Origin: Verrucomicrobiota bacterium
GTDB taxonomy: Bacteria; Verrucomicrobiota; Verrucomicrobiia; Limisphaerales; Palsa-1400
Assembly (NCBI GenBank): GCA_049510745.1
Contig: JBEKYR010000024.1
Span: 1 to 64,000 of the forward strand
Length of the DNA stretch: 64,000 nt
Reading direction: 5' to 3'
The position numbers and the translations under genes were made by a program. Positions within the stretch are counted from its first letter, which is position 1. Every line of letters starts with the position of its first letter. Shown in pieces: positions 1 to 8,908 of this stretch. Below the pieces are notes generated by a model. It was not told the DNA's origin and made no database searches. It saw nothing but the letters and a program-made list of their open reading frames with translations.

Positions 1-480
1 AGTTTTTCACAGGTCATTTTTGCCGCCGCGGCAAAGTTATTCACCGTCGGCTGCGGTGCTAAATTCGCTGCGCTCACCTTGCCGCCGATGAATAACTTTG
101 GAAGACCTATAAGGGCGCGTGTGCTCCCGATCCGCAGCCGTCCTTTCGTTACGCGAGGATCAGGGGTCCCTTTCGGCGGGCGGCCCTCCGGAGTTCAATG
201 GCCAATTTTCCATAAAATTTCTGCAATTTAAGGCAAGAAATTGCCAAAAGACGGTGAACGTTCTCTCGATCCGATCGCTATTCTCGACCGCGTGACTGCG
301 ATTCAGTCAGATGAGACGCGCAAGGCTGCGGCATGGTTTTCGGTCCGCAATCGGAACGGACCCCGGAAAGCCAGCCTGACCTTGCTCCCCAGGCAACAAT
401 GGAAAACAGCGGGGATGCCTTTGGCACCCTGCGAAGGGTTTTCCATCATTTTGGCACTGTTTATGCTAGAGTAAATTACC

Positions 481-633
481 ATGAGCAAAATCAGTATCAC
501 AGTTGTGGTGCTAGGGGGGATAGTGGTGGGCTGCTTCCTGGCGAAAATCCGGGCTTCCCTCCGCAAAGGTGCCCCCTTGGGTTACGAGGATGAGGGTGGC
601 TTCCACTTTGGAGCGCCATCGGGAAGGAAATAG
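481..633 (+). CDS. Small single-pass membrane protein, 50 aa (MSKISITVVVLGGIVVGCFLAKIRASLRKGAPLGYEDEGGFHFGAPSGRK)
   Basis: Translated by hand (below the ORF-track cutoff): ATG 481 to TAG 633; hydrophobic N-terminus, then basic stretch and APLGYEDEGGFHFG motif. Confidence 0.6.
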   Translation: MSKISITVVVLGGIVVGCFLAKIRASLRKGAPLGYEDEGGFHFGAPSGRK

Positions 634-813
634 TCCGCCAGCGCCCGGCGCCGGCCGAAGTCTGGTATTTCCCGCCCTTGTTGCTCTGCCTTGATTCAAA
701 GGCGGTAGATCATCAATTCATTGCTCGGCTTTGTGTAAAACCGTAAAGATTCCCGACAATTTGTTGCTGAGTTTCACGCCCAGACACTTTCCCATTTCCA
801 CCCCCCAACGGCC

Positions 814-1257
814 TCACTGGTCGTAGGCGGGAACTTCGCCACAGGGCAGTATCTCCATTGTCAGACAGTAATCCTTGTAGCCCATGGCCCGCCAAAATCG
901 GATCGCCGCCTGGTTTTCGACCAGCACCGACACCGCCAGCCGCTGGGTTGCCGGCCAGATGTGGCCCCGCAACAACCCCATCGCCTCCCGCCCTATCCCC
1001 TGCCGCCGCCGGTTCCGCGCCACGAAAAAATGCCGCAGATAGACCTCCTCGGGCTGGGCGCGATAGAGCGCGTAGGCCGCCGTTTCGCCGTCCTTCTCGA
1101 AGAGCACCGCCTCGTAACCCTCCTCCAGCCAGTGACGCAGGCGCGTTTCCAATTGCGCCACGCTCATCGGGTTGCGGTGCCCCTCATCGGCGATCAATTG
1201 GTGGTTCAACTCCGCCAAAAGCCGGCAATCCTGCTTGGTGGCCATGCGCCAGGTCAT
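814..1257 (-). CDS. GNAT family N-acetyltransferase
   Basis: Acetyl-CoA motif A (FFVARNRRRQGIGREAM) and NxxAxxFW motif; start placed at ATG 1257 (GTG 1266 is an alternative). Confidence 0.85.
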   Translation of the reverse strand: MTWRMATKQDCRLLAELNHQLIADEGHRNPMSVAQLETRLRHWLEEGYEAVLFEKDGETAAYALYRAQPEEVYLRHFFVARNRRRQGIGREAMGLLRGHIWPATQRLAVSVLVENQAAIRFWRAMGYKDYCLTMEILPCGEVPAYDQ

Positions 1258-1267
1258 GCGTCGCACT

Positions 1268-1846
1268 TTACTTGACTTCGATGGATTGCGCCAGTTCCAC
1301 CGCCCGGTTTTCCAGCCATTCCTCCCGCTCGCTTTGCGACCGCTCGTCCCCTTGCGCCAGCATTTGCACCCCGGGCAGCAGGTCGGTTTCGACCACATAA
1401 ATCCGCCGGCCCTGAATGAACGCCGCCACCCCGGTCTTCGGCCCAACCGGCCTCAGATAAATAAACGAAACCGTTCCTTCCCTTGCCGGCGCGTGGTAAT
1501 GAATCTTGCCCACGTCCCCGAATTGGCGCCGGACGAATTCGTCCAGCGCCTTCTCGCGTCCCTGGCCTTCGAGCATCGACATCATCGAACTTTGCGCCGT
1601 AAACACGACCGACGAATAGGTGATGCGGCTTCCCCAATTGTCACGGAACGTCACGCTCTCCGCTGTGTCGCTCGCGATGCGCCCTCCCACTTCGGCGCTG
1701 ACCGGGAACCCCACGGAAAATTCCCCCCGCGCCGAGGTGTAAGTGCTGCCCCGGATTGTCCCGGACAGCCGCGGTTGTGCGGCGCAGGCGGCCAGCAACA
1801 GCGCCGTGCCGAGGCACCATCCAATCATGGCAGTTTTTCGTTTCAT
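1268..1846 (-). CDS. Hypothetical lipoprotein
   Basis: MKRK signal peptide with lipobox LAAC; closely spaced with the GNAT gene. Confidence 0.75.
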   Translation of the reverse strand: MKRKTAMIGWCLGTALLLAACAAQPRLSGTIRGSTYTSARGEFSVGFPVSAEVGGRIASDTAESVTFRDNWGSRITYSSVVFTAQSSMMSMLEGQGREKALDEFVRRQFGDVGKIHYHAPAREGTVSFIYLRPVGPKTGVAAFIQGRRIYVVETDLLPGVQMLAQGDERSQSEREEWLENRAVELAQSIEVK

Positions 1847-1908
1847 CTTGATAGCGTCGCGTCGCGGGCTGGCTAGTGTAGTCCGCGCCCGCGCGGTGCC
1901 AAGTTCTT

Positions 1909-2601
1909 TCACTTCCCCAACACCCGGCAAATCCGCACGCCGTCGCCAATGGAAAGCAACACCGATTCCACCCTTTTGTCGCGCGCCAACTTGCGATTCA
2001 GCCGGTCGATGGCGCGGCCTTTGGCATCCTGGATCGGTCGTTGGCCGCCCAGCCGCCCGCGCCAGAGCATGTTGTCGAACAGGATCAGTCCGTTGGCCCT
2101 CATGCGCGGCAGAACCAATTCGTAGTAGGCGTCATACTCCGCCTTGTGCGCGTCAATGAAGGCGAAATCAAAACGGCGCCCCGGCTCCAGGTTCCGCAAT
2201 GTTTCCAGCGCCGGCCCGAGGCGCAGTTCGATCTTCCCTTCCAGTTTTGCCCGCGCCCAATACCGCCGGGCAATGGCCGTCCATTCCGCGCTGGCGTCCA
2301 GGCACAGCAGCCGGCCGTCGGGCGGCAAGGCGCGCGCGATGCAAATCGAACTGTAACCGGTGAACGTCCCGATCTCGATGGCCGTCCGCGCGCCGATGGC
2401 CCCCGCCAGCAATGTCATCAGCGTCCCCTGGTCCGGCCCGATTTGCATGACCGCGATCCCGCCCAAGGCCGCCGTTTCCGCCCGCAACGCCTCCAGCACC
2501 GCGTCGCGCGGGCCGCTGCGCCACCGGCAGAGGTAGCGGAAAAGGCGCTCGTTCATCACGGTGAACTTGGACGGCGGGGTTTTGCGCAAGCGTGTTTTCA
2601 T
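1909..2601 (-). CDS. Class I SAM-dependent O-methyltransferase (caffeoyl-CoA O-methyltransferase-like)
   Basis: EIGTFTGYS SAM-binding motif, FDFAFIDAHK, DNMLWRG. Confidence 0.92.
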   Translation of the reverse strand: MKTRLRKTPPSKFTVMNERLFRYLCRWRSGPRDAVLEALRAETAALGGIAVMQIGPDQGTLMTLLAGAIGARTAIEIGTFTGYSSICIARALPPDGRLLCLDASAEWTAIARRYWARAKLEGKIELRLGPALETLRNLEPGRRFDFAFIDAHKAEYDAYYELVLPRMRANGLILFDNMLWRGRLGGQRPIQDAKGRAIDRLNRKLARDKRVESVLLSIGDGVRICRVLGK

Positions 2602-2610
2602 TGGAGTCTG

Positions 2611-4698
2611 CTAATTTCCGGGCGCGGCCTGTTGGTAGGTTTGAAGGTCCGCCGCCAACCGCGCCGCCAGGGCCGTTTCGTGGGCGGCCTGGGCCAATTG
2701 CAGCGCGCGCCGGGCGGTGACCGCGGCCTGGGCGGCGCGGCCGGCGCGGGCGTAAGCCGCGGCCAGTTGGCCCATCATAAAATGCGCTTCGCCCAGTTGC
2801 GGGCGCAGCGCCGCCACTTTTTCATATTGACTCAGCGCCTCGTCCAGCCGGCCCAGATCGAGCAGGACGCCGCCGAGGTTGTAATGGGCTTCGGCAAAGG
2901 CCGGCTCCAGGTCGGCGGCGCGCTGGAACTGGGCCAGCGCCCGGTTGGTTTCTCCCTCCCGCAGCAGAATGTTGCCCAGGTCGTTGCGGGCCAGCGCGTA
3001 ACCGGGGTCCAGGGCGATCGCTCTTTCGTAATTGGCGACCGCCTCGGGCGTCCGGCCGCTTTTCAGCAACGCGTACCCCAGATTGCAGCACGCTCCGGGG
3101 AAGTCCGGCTTCAATCGCAGCGCCATTTGGAAATTGGTGATGGCCGCGGTCATTTCGCCCTTTTTCAAATAAGCCTGGCCGATGTCGTAGAAGGCATCCG
3201 GCCCGTTGGGCTGCAATGCCAGCGACCGCCGGCAATGAGCGATGGCTTCGTCGAACTGGCCCTTTTGCAGCAGCGCGTAGCCCAGATTGACCTCCCCGAC
3301 AGGATCGTCCGGTTCGATGGCGACGGCTTCGCGCGATAGGCGAAGGGCCTCGTCGATTTGTCCTTGTTGCAGAAGGATTGCGCTCAGGTTGTTGCGGGCA
3401 ATGAATGAATCCGGATCGCTCCGCAATGTGGCCTGCCAGAGCGTTCGGCTGTCGGAATAATTCCCGCATTGACGCCAGGTCAACAGGCCAAGAAACGCCA
3501 GCAGCGCGGCGTAAGTCGCGGCGCGGAGCGCGGGCCTGGGTGGATCAAAGCGCGAAAAAAGTGTCTCCAGCCCCGCCGCCGCCAAGGCCAGCGGCCCGAT
3601 GCTGGCCGCGTATTGGTAATGGTCGGCCACGAACGTGTAACGAAACGTGTATTCCATGACAAAGCCGAGCAACGGGGAAAGCGTCGCCACGAAATAAAGC
3701 GCGGCCGTTTCCGGACCCCGCCCGGCGCTCTTGCGCAGAGCGAAAATCGCACCCGCTGCCGCCAGTCCGCCCGCCAGCCAGACCCACGCCAGCGGGTCGC
3801 CGGGATTGATGTGCCACGGCGCGTAACTGAACGACAAGTTTGCCGGCCAAAGCAGTTTGCCCGCGTAAAACCAAACCGCCCGGCTGGCGATGAGCACGCG
3901 CCCGGCCAGACCGATGGCGAAGGCCGGCCCGGCGGTGAATTGGTGGTATCGTTCCCACCACACGCTCACCCATCCCATCGACACCCCCAGCGCCAGGAAC
4001 GGCGCCAGTTGCAGCAGGCGCGCAAGGCGGATCGGTTTTCGTTGCAGCCACAGCATCAGCCACAGCGCCGCCGGCAGCGTGCAGGCGGTCGTTTTCGCCG
4101 CCAGCGCCAGCGCCTGACCGGCCAGCGCCGCCCCATACCACCACCAGCGGCCGCGGCGTTCCTCGACAAATTCCACCCACGCCCGCGCCGCCAGCAGACA
4201 GAAAAACAACGACAGCACGTTTTTCAATTCCGTCACCCACGCGACCGATTCGACCTCCACCGGATGCAGCGCAAACAGCGCCGCCGCCAGCCACGATGCC
4301 GGGACGCCCAGGCGCCGGAGCAATCGCCAGAGCAGGAGCGCATTGGCCGCGTGCAGCAGAATGTTGACCCAATGATACCCGGCCGGGTCCAGTCCCCACA
4401 GCCCGCGTTCCACCCGCAAGACCGTATAAACCAGCGGGAAATACTGCGAAGGCGAATCGAGCGAAAACCAGATGCGTTCCAACCCGTCGGGCGCGGTGAG
4501 CAATTTATTATTGGTGACATAAACATCATCATCCCAGATGAACCCAGCGTGCCAGGCCGGCTGATAAGCCAGGACGACGGCCGCGGCCAGCAGCAGACCA
4601 AGAAGCCAGGTCCGGCGCGTCCCGATCCACAGCGATATGCGTAGCGAGTTCAAAGATTGCAACCCCGAAAGCTTTCGGGCCAACCGCCCAAACTTCAA
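2611..4698 (-). CDS. Multi-pass membrane protein with C-terminal TPRs (TMTC-like GT-C superfamily), divergent paralogue
   Basis: GFIWDD, YHWVNILLH, LHPVEVESVAWV, ADHYQY motifs, many TM helices, then TPR repeats; start codon uncertain. Confidence 0.85.
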   Translation of the reverse strand: MKFGRLARKLSGLQSLNSLRISLWIGTRRTWLLGLLLAAAVVLAYQPAWHAGFIWDDDVYVTNNKLLTAPDGLERIWFSLDSPSQYFPLVYTVLRVERGLWGLDPAGYHWVNILLHAANALLLWRLLRRLGVPASWLAAALFALHPVEVESVAWVTELKNVLSLFFCLLAARAWVEFVEERRGRWWWYGAALAGQALALAAKTTACTLPAALWLMLWLQRKPIRLARLLQLAPFLALGVSMGWVSVWWERYHQFTAGPAFAIGLAGRVLIASRAVWFYAGKLLWPANLSFSYAPWHINPGDPLAWVWLAGGLAAAGAIFALRKSAGRGPETAALYFVATLSPLLGFVMEYTFRYTFVADHYQYAASIGPLALAAAGLETLFSRFDPPRPALRAATYAALLAFLGLLTWRQCGNYSDSRTLWQATLRSDPDSFIARNNLSAILLQQGQIDEALRLSREAVAIEPDDPVGEVNLGYALLQKGQFDEAIAHCRRSLALQPNGPDAFYDIGQAYLKKGEMTAAITNFQMALRLKPDFPGACCNLGYALLKSGRTPEAVANYERAIALDPGYALARNDLGNILLREGETNRALAQFQRAADLEPAFAEAHYNLGGVLLDLGRLDEALSQYEKVAALRPQLGEAHFMMGQLAAAYARAGRAAQAAVTARRALQLAQAAHETALAARLAADLQTYQQAAPGN

Positions 4699-4866
4699 GA
4701 TTCAAAATGAATCACCTCCCCGAATCCTCGCCCAAGAAGACTTTTTTAACCGCGAAATACGCAAAACACACGAAAAAGAGTCCCCTTTCGCGTATTCCGC
4801 ACTGCAATAGTGGAGAATCATGCAATTCCAACAAGATTTTGTCCGGCAGAGGCTGAAAGCACAGAG

Positions 4867-5007
4867 AAAAGAGTTTTGACAGGATGAACAAGATGCACAG
4901 GATGAAGAGCGGAATTCTCTTTCCTGAATCTGTTCTTAATCCTGTTCATCCTGTTCATCCTGTTCATCCTGTCCGTCTTTTTTTTGGTTGCGGCTGGCCG
5001 CACTGTG
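4867..5007. repeat. Dispersed ~140-bp hairpin element with 9-bp periodic arms (ACAGGATGA), copy 1
   Basis: Its reverse complement aligns over the whole length to 55500-55627. Confidence 0.85.
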
Positions 5008-5107
5008 TATTTCACGGTTCAAAAACAATTCCTTAGGATTTGGGGCTTGCTGAAGGGGTTGCGGGGGATTCAACCTCTCAAGCAACTGTTTTTGTCGGAA
5101 CTCAATC

Positions 5108-5338
5108 ATGATGAAAGAACACGAACGAGTGGTGTTGAAGACCGCCGTGCCCTCGGAGGCCTTGGAGGCCGGAGACGTCGGCACGGTAGTGCATGTCTAT
5201 CGGGATGGCTTGGCTTACGAAGTCGAGTTCACCACGCTGGACGGCAAGACAGCGGCTGTGGTGACAGTGGAAGCCGCTCAGGTCCGGCCGGTCAGAAAAC
5301 GTGAAATCACACACGCCCGCGCCTTGGCGCCGGCCTGA
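5108..5338 (+). CDS. DUF4926-like small protein
   Basis: 76 aa; GDVGTVVHVY...YEVEF pattern typical of the family. Confidence 0.8.
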   Translation: MMKEHERVVLKTAVPSEALEAGDVGTVVHVYRDGLAYEVEFTTLDGKTAAVVTVEAAQVRPVRKREITHARALAPA

Positions 5339-5364
5339 CGCCGGAGGAAATCAAGATCAAGGAG

Positions 5365-5640
5365 TTGTTTCAGACCTCCATTCCAAACGTCTCCATGCAT
5401 ATTCGCAATGTTGTCAGCCAAAACGAGTTGCACCCGGGTTCAGTTGTTAAGGAATTCTTAACACCTGCCGCTGACGGTAAGAAATACCAGACTCGGTTTT
5501 ATAACCTGGACGTCATTATTTCCGTGGGCTACCGGGTCAAATCCCTGCGAGGCACCCAGTTCCGCATCTGGGCCACCCGGCGGCTGGCGCAGGCCGCCCC
5601 CCTCAAGACAGTGCCGATGGATGTGTTTGCCCTGGCCTAA
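5365..5640 (+). pseudogene. Internal fragment of a RhuM-family (virulence RhuM) protein
   Basis: ELFQTSxxNVSMHIRN, ADGKKY, YNLDVIISVGYRVKSLRGTQFRIWAT; no clear start and truncated after the motif. Confidence 0.8.
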
Positions 5641-6008
5641 AAGCAAAGCTCAACGGCGCCAAAGGCGAGGAAGCCATCATTCGGTGGATTTCCGAGAAAA
5701 ACATCGAAAGCTTCCGGAATGGCATCAAAGCGGTCCAAAAAGGCACGCAGGTCATCCGAGACGGGAAAAGCCGCCGCAAGGGCAGCTTCCCCGCGGAAGC
5801 CAAATAAAGTCGCAAGGAAAGGCCCCGCCGCAAGGCGGGGGTTTTCCTTGCAAATGCGTGACATAGGGCGGCAGCCCCGAACCCCAACCCCCTGCCGGAG
5901 CACCTCCCCCAGGGGGCTTAATCGAGTCTCGGCTCTTGTACAGCACGAGACTACCGGCTGAAATCATTTGTGCTTTTCAATTTCCGCAGAGTCCGATACA
6001 ATGCGCGT

Positions 6009-6482
6009 ATGTCGATCAAACTTTATCAGAGCACAATTGACGACCGCGTAAATAAGCTATCAAAAAATTATGGAGCCAACAAACACGAGGCTTTTTTGAG
6101 GCTGGTTTTCTACCTCGTGACTGGCAAAGGGTACGACGATCTCGAACCCGAAGACCTGATTGACGGGGCTGGGGATTATCAGATTGACGCACTTCACATT
6201 GACGACAGCAGCACAGAAAACCAAGCCACGATTACCCTTATCCAAGCAACTTTCTCCGACTCAATGAGTTCGAACAAGCTGGTAAAGTTGCATGCCGGAC
6301 TTGATTATCTGCTCCTCCAGCCGAAAGCGACATATTCCGCCTTGATGAACAAGTCACTTGTTGCAAAGATACAGGAGTTCAGGGATTTAAGAAGTCAAAT
6401 CCTGCCGTCGAATAGCCGCCTTGGCAACGGCGGATGCTCTTTTGTGGCGATCACTCCCGCCCCTGAATTCTCAGCCAAATAA
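6009..6482 (+). pseudogene. Probable truncated N-terminal part of an AIPR-like (abortive infection phage resistance) protein
   Basis: Lower GC; DGxxDxxIDAxxID...LIQ pattern; ORF ends before any C-terminal AIPR domain. Confidence 0.55.
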
Positions 6483-6630
6483 CCTTGCAAAATCACCAAC
6501 CTGTGTCATATTCGCGCCGTGCGAGAGCTTGCTCTTTGACATAAAGTGCGGCCGCCGGGCAACCTCCTGTCCCTCGCCGCAGGACGGACCCAGGCCGCCG
6601 GCAATGCCGTCATTCACGACCGCCGCATGG

Positions 6631-6820
6631 CCAATCGTGCTGAATCGTCCTGAATCGTGCTGAATCGTGCTGAATCGTCCTGAATCGTGCCGAATCGTGC
6701 CGAATCGTGCCGAATCGTGCTGAATCGTGCTGAATCGTGCCGAATCGTGCCAAATCGTGCCGAATCGTGCCGAATCGTGCTGAATCGTGCTGAATCGTGC
6801 TGAATCGTGCTGAATCGTGC
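6631..6820. repeat. Tandem repeat, 19 x 10 bp (YGAATCGTGC)
   Basis: Units counted directly; 29-bp direct repeat at 6612-6640 and 6889-6917. Confidence 0.97.
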
Positions 6821-6997
6821 CAAAAAAAGAAAAATCTCAACACGATTGATGAACCATACGCCAAAGCCGAAACTCGGAGTCGCTCGCGATTCACGACCGC
6901 CGCATGGCCAATCGTGCCGAATCGTGCCGATTCCTGCAATGAACCAGATCGCACTTCTTCCTTCATCCTTCTGCCTTCTTCCTTCATTCGAAGCGGT

Positions 6998-8908
6998 TCA
7001 GCGGCCGCCGTTGCCTCCCTGGCGCCGCAAAATCTCGGCCACCCTCGATTTCGCCGGCGCCAAGTCCGGCAGGCTGGCGAGCGCCTTCTGGTATTCGGCC
7101 AGGGCCTCGTTGGTGCGGCCTTGCTGAAGCAGGATTTCGGCGGCGTTGTAATGCGCCTCGCCAAAATCCGGCTCCAACTCCATCGCGCGGCGGAAATGTT
7201 CCATCGCCTCGTCCGTCCGCCCCATTTGCCGCAGGATGCCGCCCAGGTCGTTCTGGGCCAGGGCGTAGTCGGGGTTCAACTCCAGGCTCTTCTGGTAGGC
7301 GCGGACGGCTTCGGGCAGGCGCCGCTGTTGGAGCAAGGCGAAGCCCAGATTGCACCACGCCTGGGGAAAATCCGGCTTGATTTCCAGCGCCTTTTCAAAC
7401 GCCGCAATCGCCTGGTCCATCCGGCCCTTTTTCAAATAAGCCCGCGCCAGCGCGTCGTAAGACTCCTCGCTGCGGGGTTGGGCCGCGATGGATTTCAGAC
7501 ATTGCGCCACGGCCTCGTCGGCGTTCCCTTCCCGCAGGCAAATCTCGGCCAGGTTCAGTTCGGCCTCGGGATCATCAGGCCGAAGGGCGAGGGCTTGACG
7601 GCAGTGAGCGCGCGCTTCGTTCAAGCGCCCCTTTTCGATCAGCCATTTGCTCAGGTCATTATGGGCTATCAGGCTTTCCGGGCAAACGCGCAAAGTGGCC
7701 TCCCACAACGTCCCGCTGTCCCGGTAAATCTCCGCGTGCCGCGAAGTCAGGACAACGCAAACCGCGACCGCCGCCGCGCCGGCCAGGATCATCGACTCGC
7801 GCAGAGCGGGCCGCCACGCCGCCAAGTCATGCATCCCCCACGCCACCATGATCCAGAGGCCGACGCACGGCAGGTAGGTGTATCGGTCGGCCATCAACTG
7901 CGCGCCGACCTGCACCAAACCGATGGTCGGCACCAGCATCCCCAAAAACCAAAACCAGCCTACCGCCAGATACGGCCGCGACCGCCCCCGCCAAACCGCC
8001 AGGGCCGTCACCGCCCCCAGCAGCAAAGGCGCGCCGACGACCGGACCGGCGCGGAGCGGCTCATGCGGATAGAACGACGCCAATTCCGCCGGCCAAAAAT
8101 CCTTCGACAAGTAGCCCGCGTAGGCCAGGGGGACATTGCCCAGCCGCTCCCCCAGCGGGAAGCGCGCCAGCGACGCCATCGCGCCGGTCCGTTCCTGCAC
8201 CAGGAACGTCACCACGCTCGAGCCAATCGCCAAGAGAAAGAATGGAACCTTCTCCAGGACGAGCCGCCAGCCCAGCCGGAAACGGTCCAGCGGCCAGTAG
8301 TCAAGCAAAAGGAAAACAAACGGCAACGTCACCAGCATCGGCTTGGCCATCAGTCCGACCGCGAACAGAACCAGCGCGGCGGCGTAATAGAACTTGAAAT
8401 TCGAAATTTGAGATTTGAAATTCTCCGCATAGCGGACGTAAGCCCACGCCGTCAGCAAGCCGAAGAACGCGCTCAACACATCCTTTCGCTCCGAAATCCA
8501 GACCACCGATTCCACCCGCAACGGATGGAGCGCGAACAAGGCGGCGGCCAGCGCGCTGCGCCAGGGCGCGCCCGTCATCCGGCGCAGCAGCAGCCACAGC
8601 AGCGCCGAGTTGGCCAGATGCAGCAGCACGCTGGTCAAGTGATGTCCCGCCGGGTTCAGCCCGTAAAGCTGGCAATCCAGGCTATGCGACATAAAGGTCA
8701 CCGGATTCCAATTGGCCCCGTCGGTCGCCGTCAAAGCCCACCGGACGCCGGGCCAGTTCAAACCGCCCCGGACGTGCCAATTGCCCGTGACATAAAACGG
8801 ATCGTCATAGTTGACAAACCCGCAGCCAAAAGCCGGCCAAAACGCGGCCAGGACCGCGAGGCCGAGCAGGCAGGAAATGACCCAGGCCTGGCGGGTGGAA
8901 GAGTTCAC
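6998..8908 (-). CDS. TMTC-like GT-C membrane protein with TPR repeats
   Basis: FVNYDD, HPLRVESVVWISERKD, ADRYTY, TPRs. Confidence 0.9.
   Translation of the reverse strand: MNSSTRQAWVISCLLGLAVLAAFWPAFGCGFVNYDDPFYVTGNWHVRGGLNWPGVRWALTATDGANWNPVTFMSHSLDCQLYGLNPAGHHLTSVLLHLANSALLWLLLRRMTGAPWRSALAAALFALHPLRVESVVWISERKDVLSAFFGLLTAWAYVRYAENFKSQISNFKFYYAAALVLFAVGLMAKPMLVTLPFVFLLLDYWPLDRFRLGWRLVLEKVPFFLLAIGSSVVTFLVQERTGAMASLARFPLGERLGNVPLAYAGYLSKDFWPAELASFYPHEPLRAGPVVGAPLLLGAVTALAVWRGRSRPYLAVGWFWFLGMLVPTIGLVQVGAQLMADRYTYLPCVGLWIMVAWGMHDLAAWRPALRESMILAGAAAVAVCVVLTSRHAEIYRDSGTLWEATLRVCPESLIAHNDLSKWLIEKGRLNEARAHCRQALALRPDDPEAELNLAEICLREGNADEAVAQCLKSIAAQPRSEESYDALARAYLKKGRMDQAIAAFEKALEIKPDFPQAWCNLGFALLQQRRLPEAVRAYQKSLELNPDYALAQNDLGGILRQMGRTDEAMEHFRRAMELEPDFGEAHYNAAEILLQQGRTNEALAEYQKALASLPDLAPAKSRVAEILRRQGGNGGR

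Noticed and set aside
1..46. DnaA-box-like 9-mers (TTTTTCACA, TTATTCACC) suggesting oriC
   Set aside because: Only two, at the window edge, with no dnaA context or AT-rich unwinding element visible
110..200. Possible riboswitch or ribozyme on the minus strand (GAAA-loop hairpins)
   Set aside because: Does not match any consensus I can verify by eye; needs an Infernal/Rfam scan
5752..5967. ORF starting MISAGSLVLYKSR, reminiscent of an RNB-nuclease N-terminus
   Set aside because: Only about 13 plausible codons before low-complexity sequence; too short to support
6631..6820. CRISPR array
   Set aside because: Contiguous 10-bp units without unique spacers; no cas genes in the window
6610..7164. 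ORFs encoding HDSARFxTIx repeats
   Set aside because: Simple translation of the 10-bp tandem repeat; overlaps a real gene in another frame
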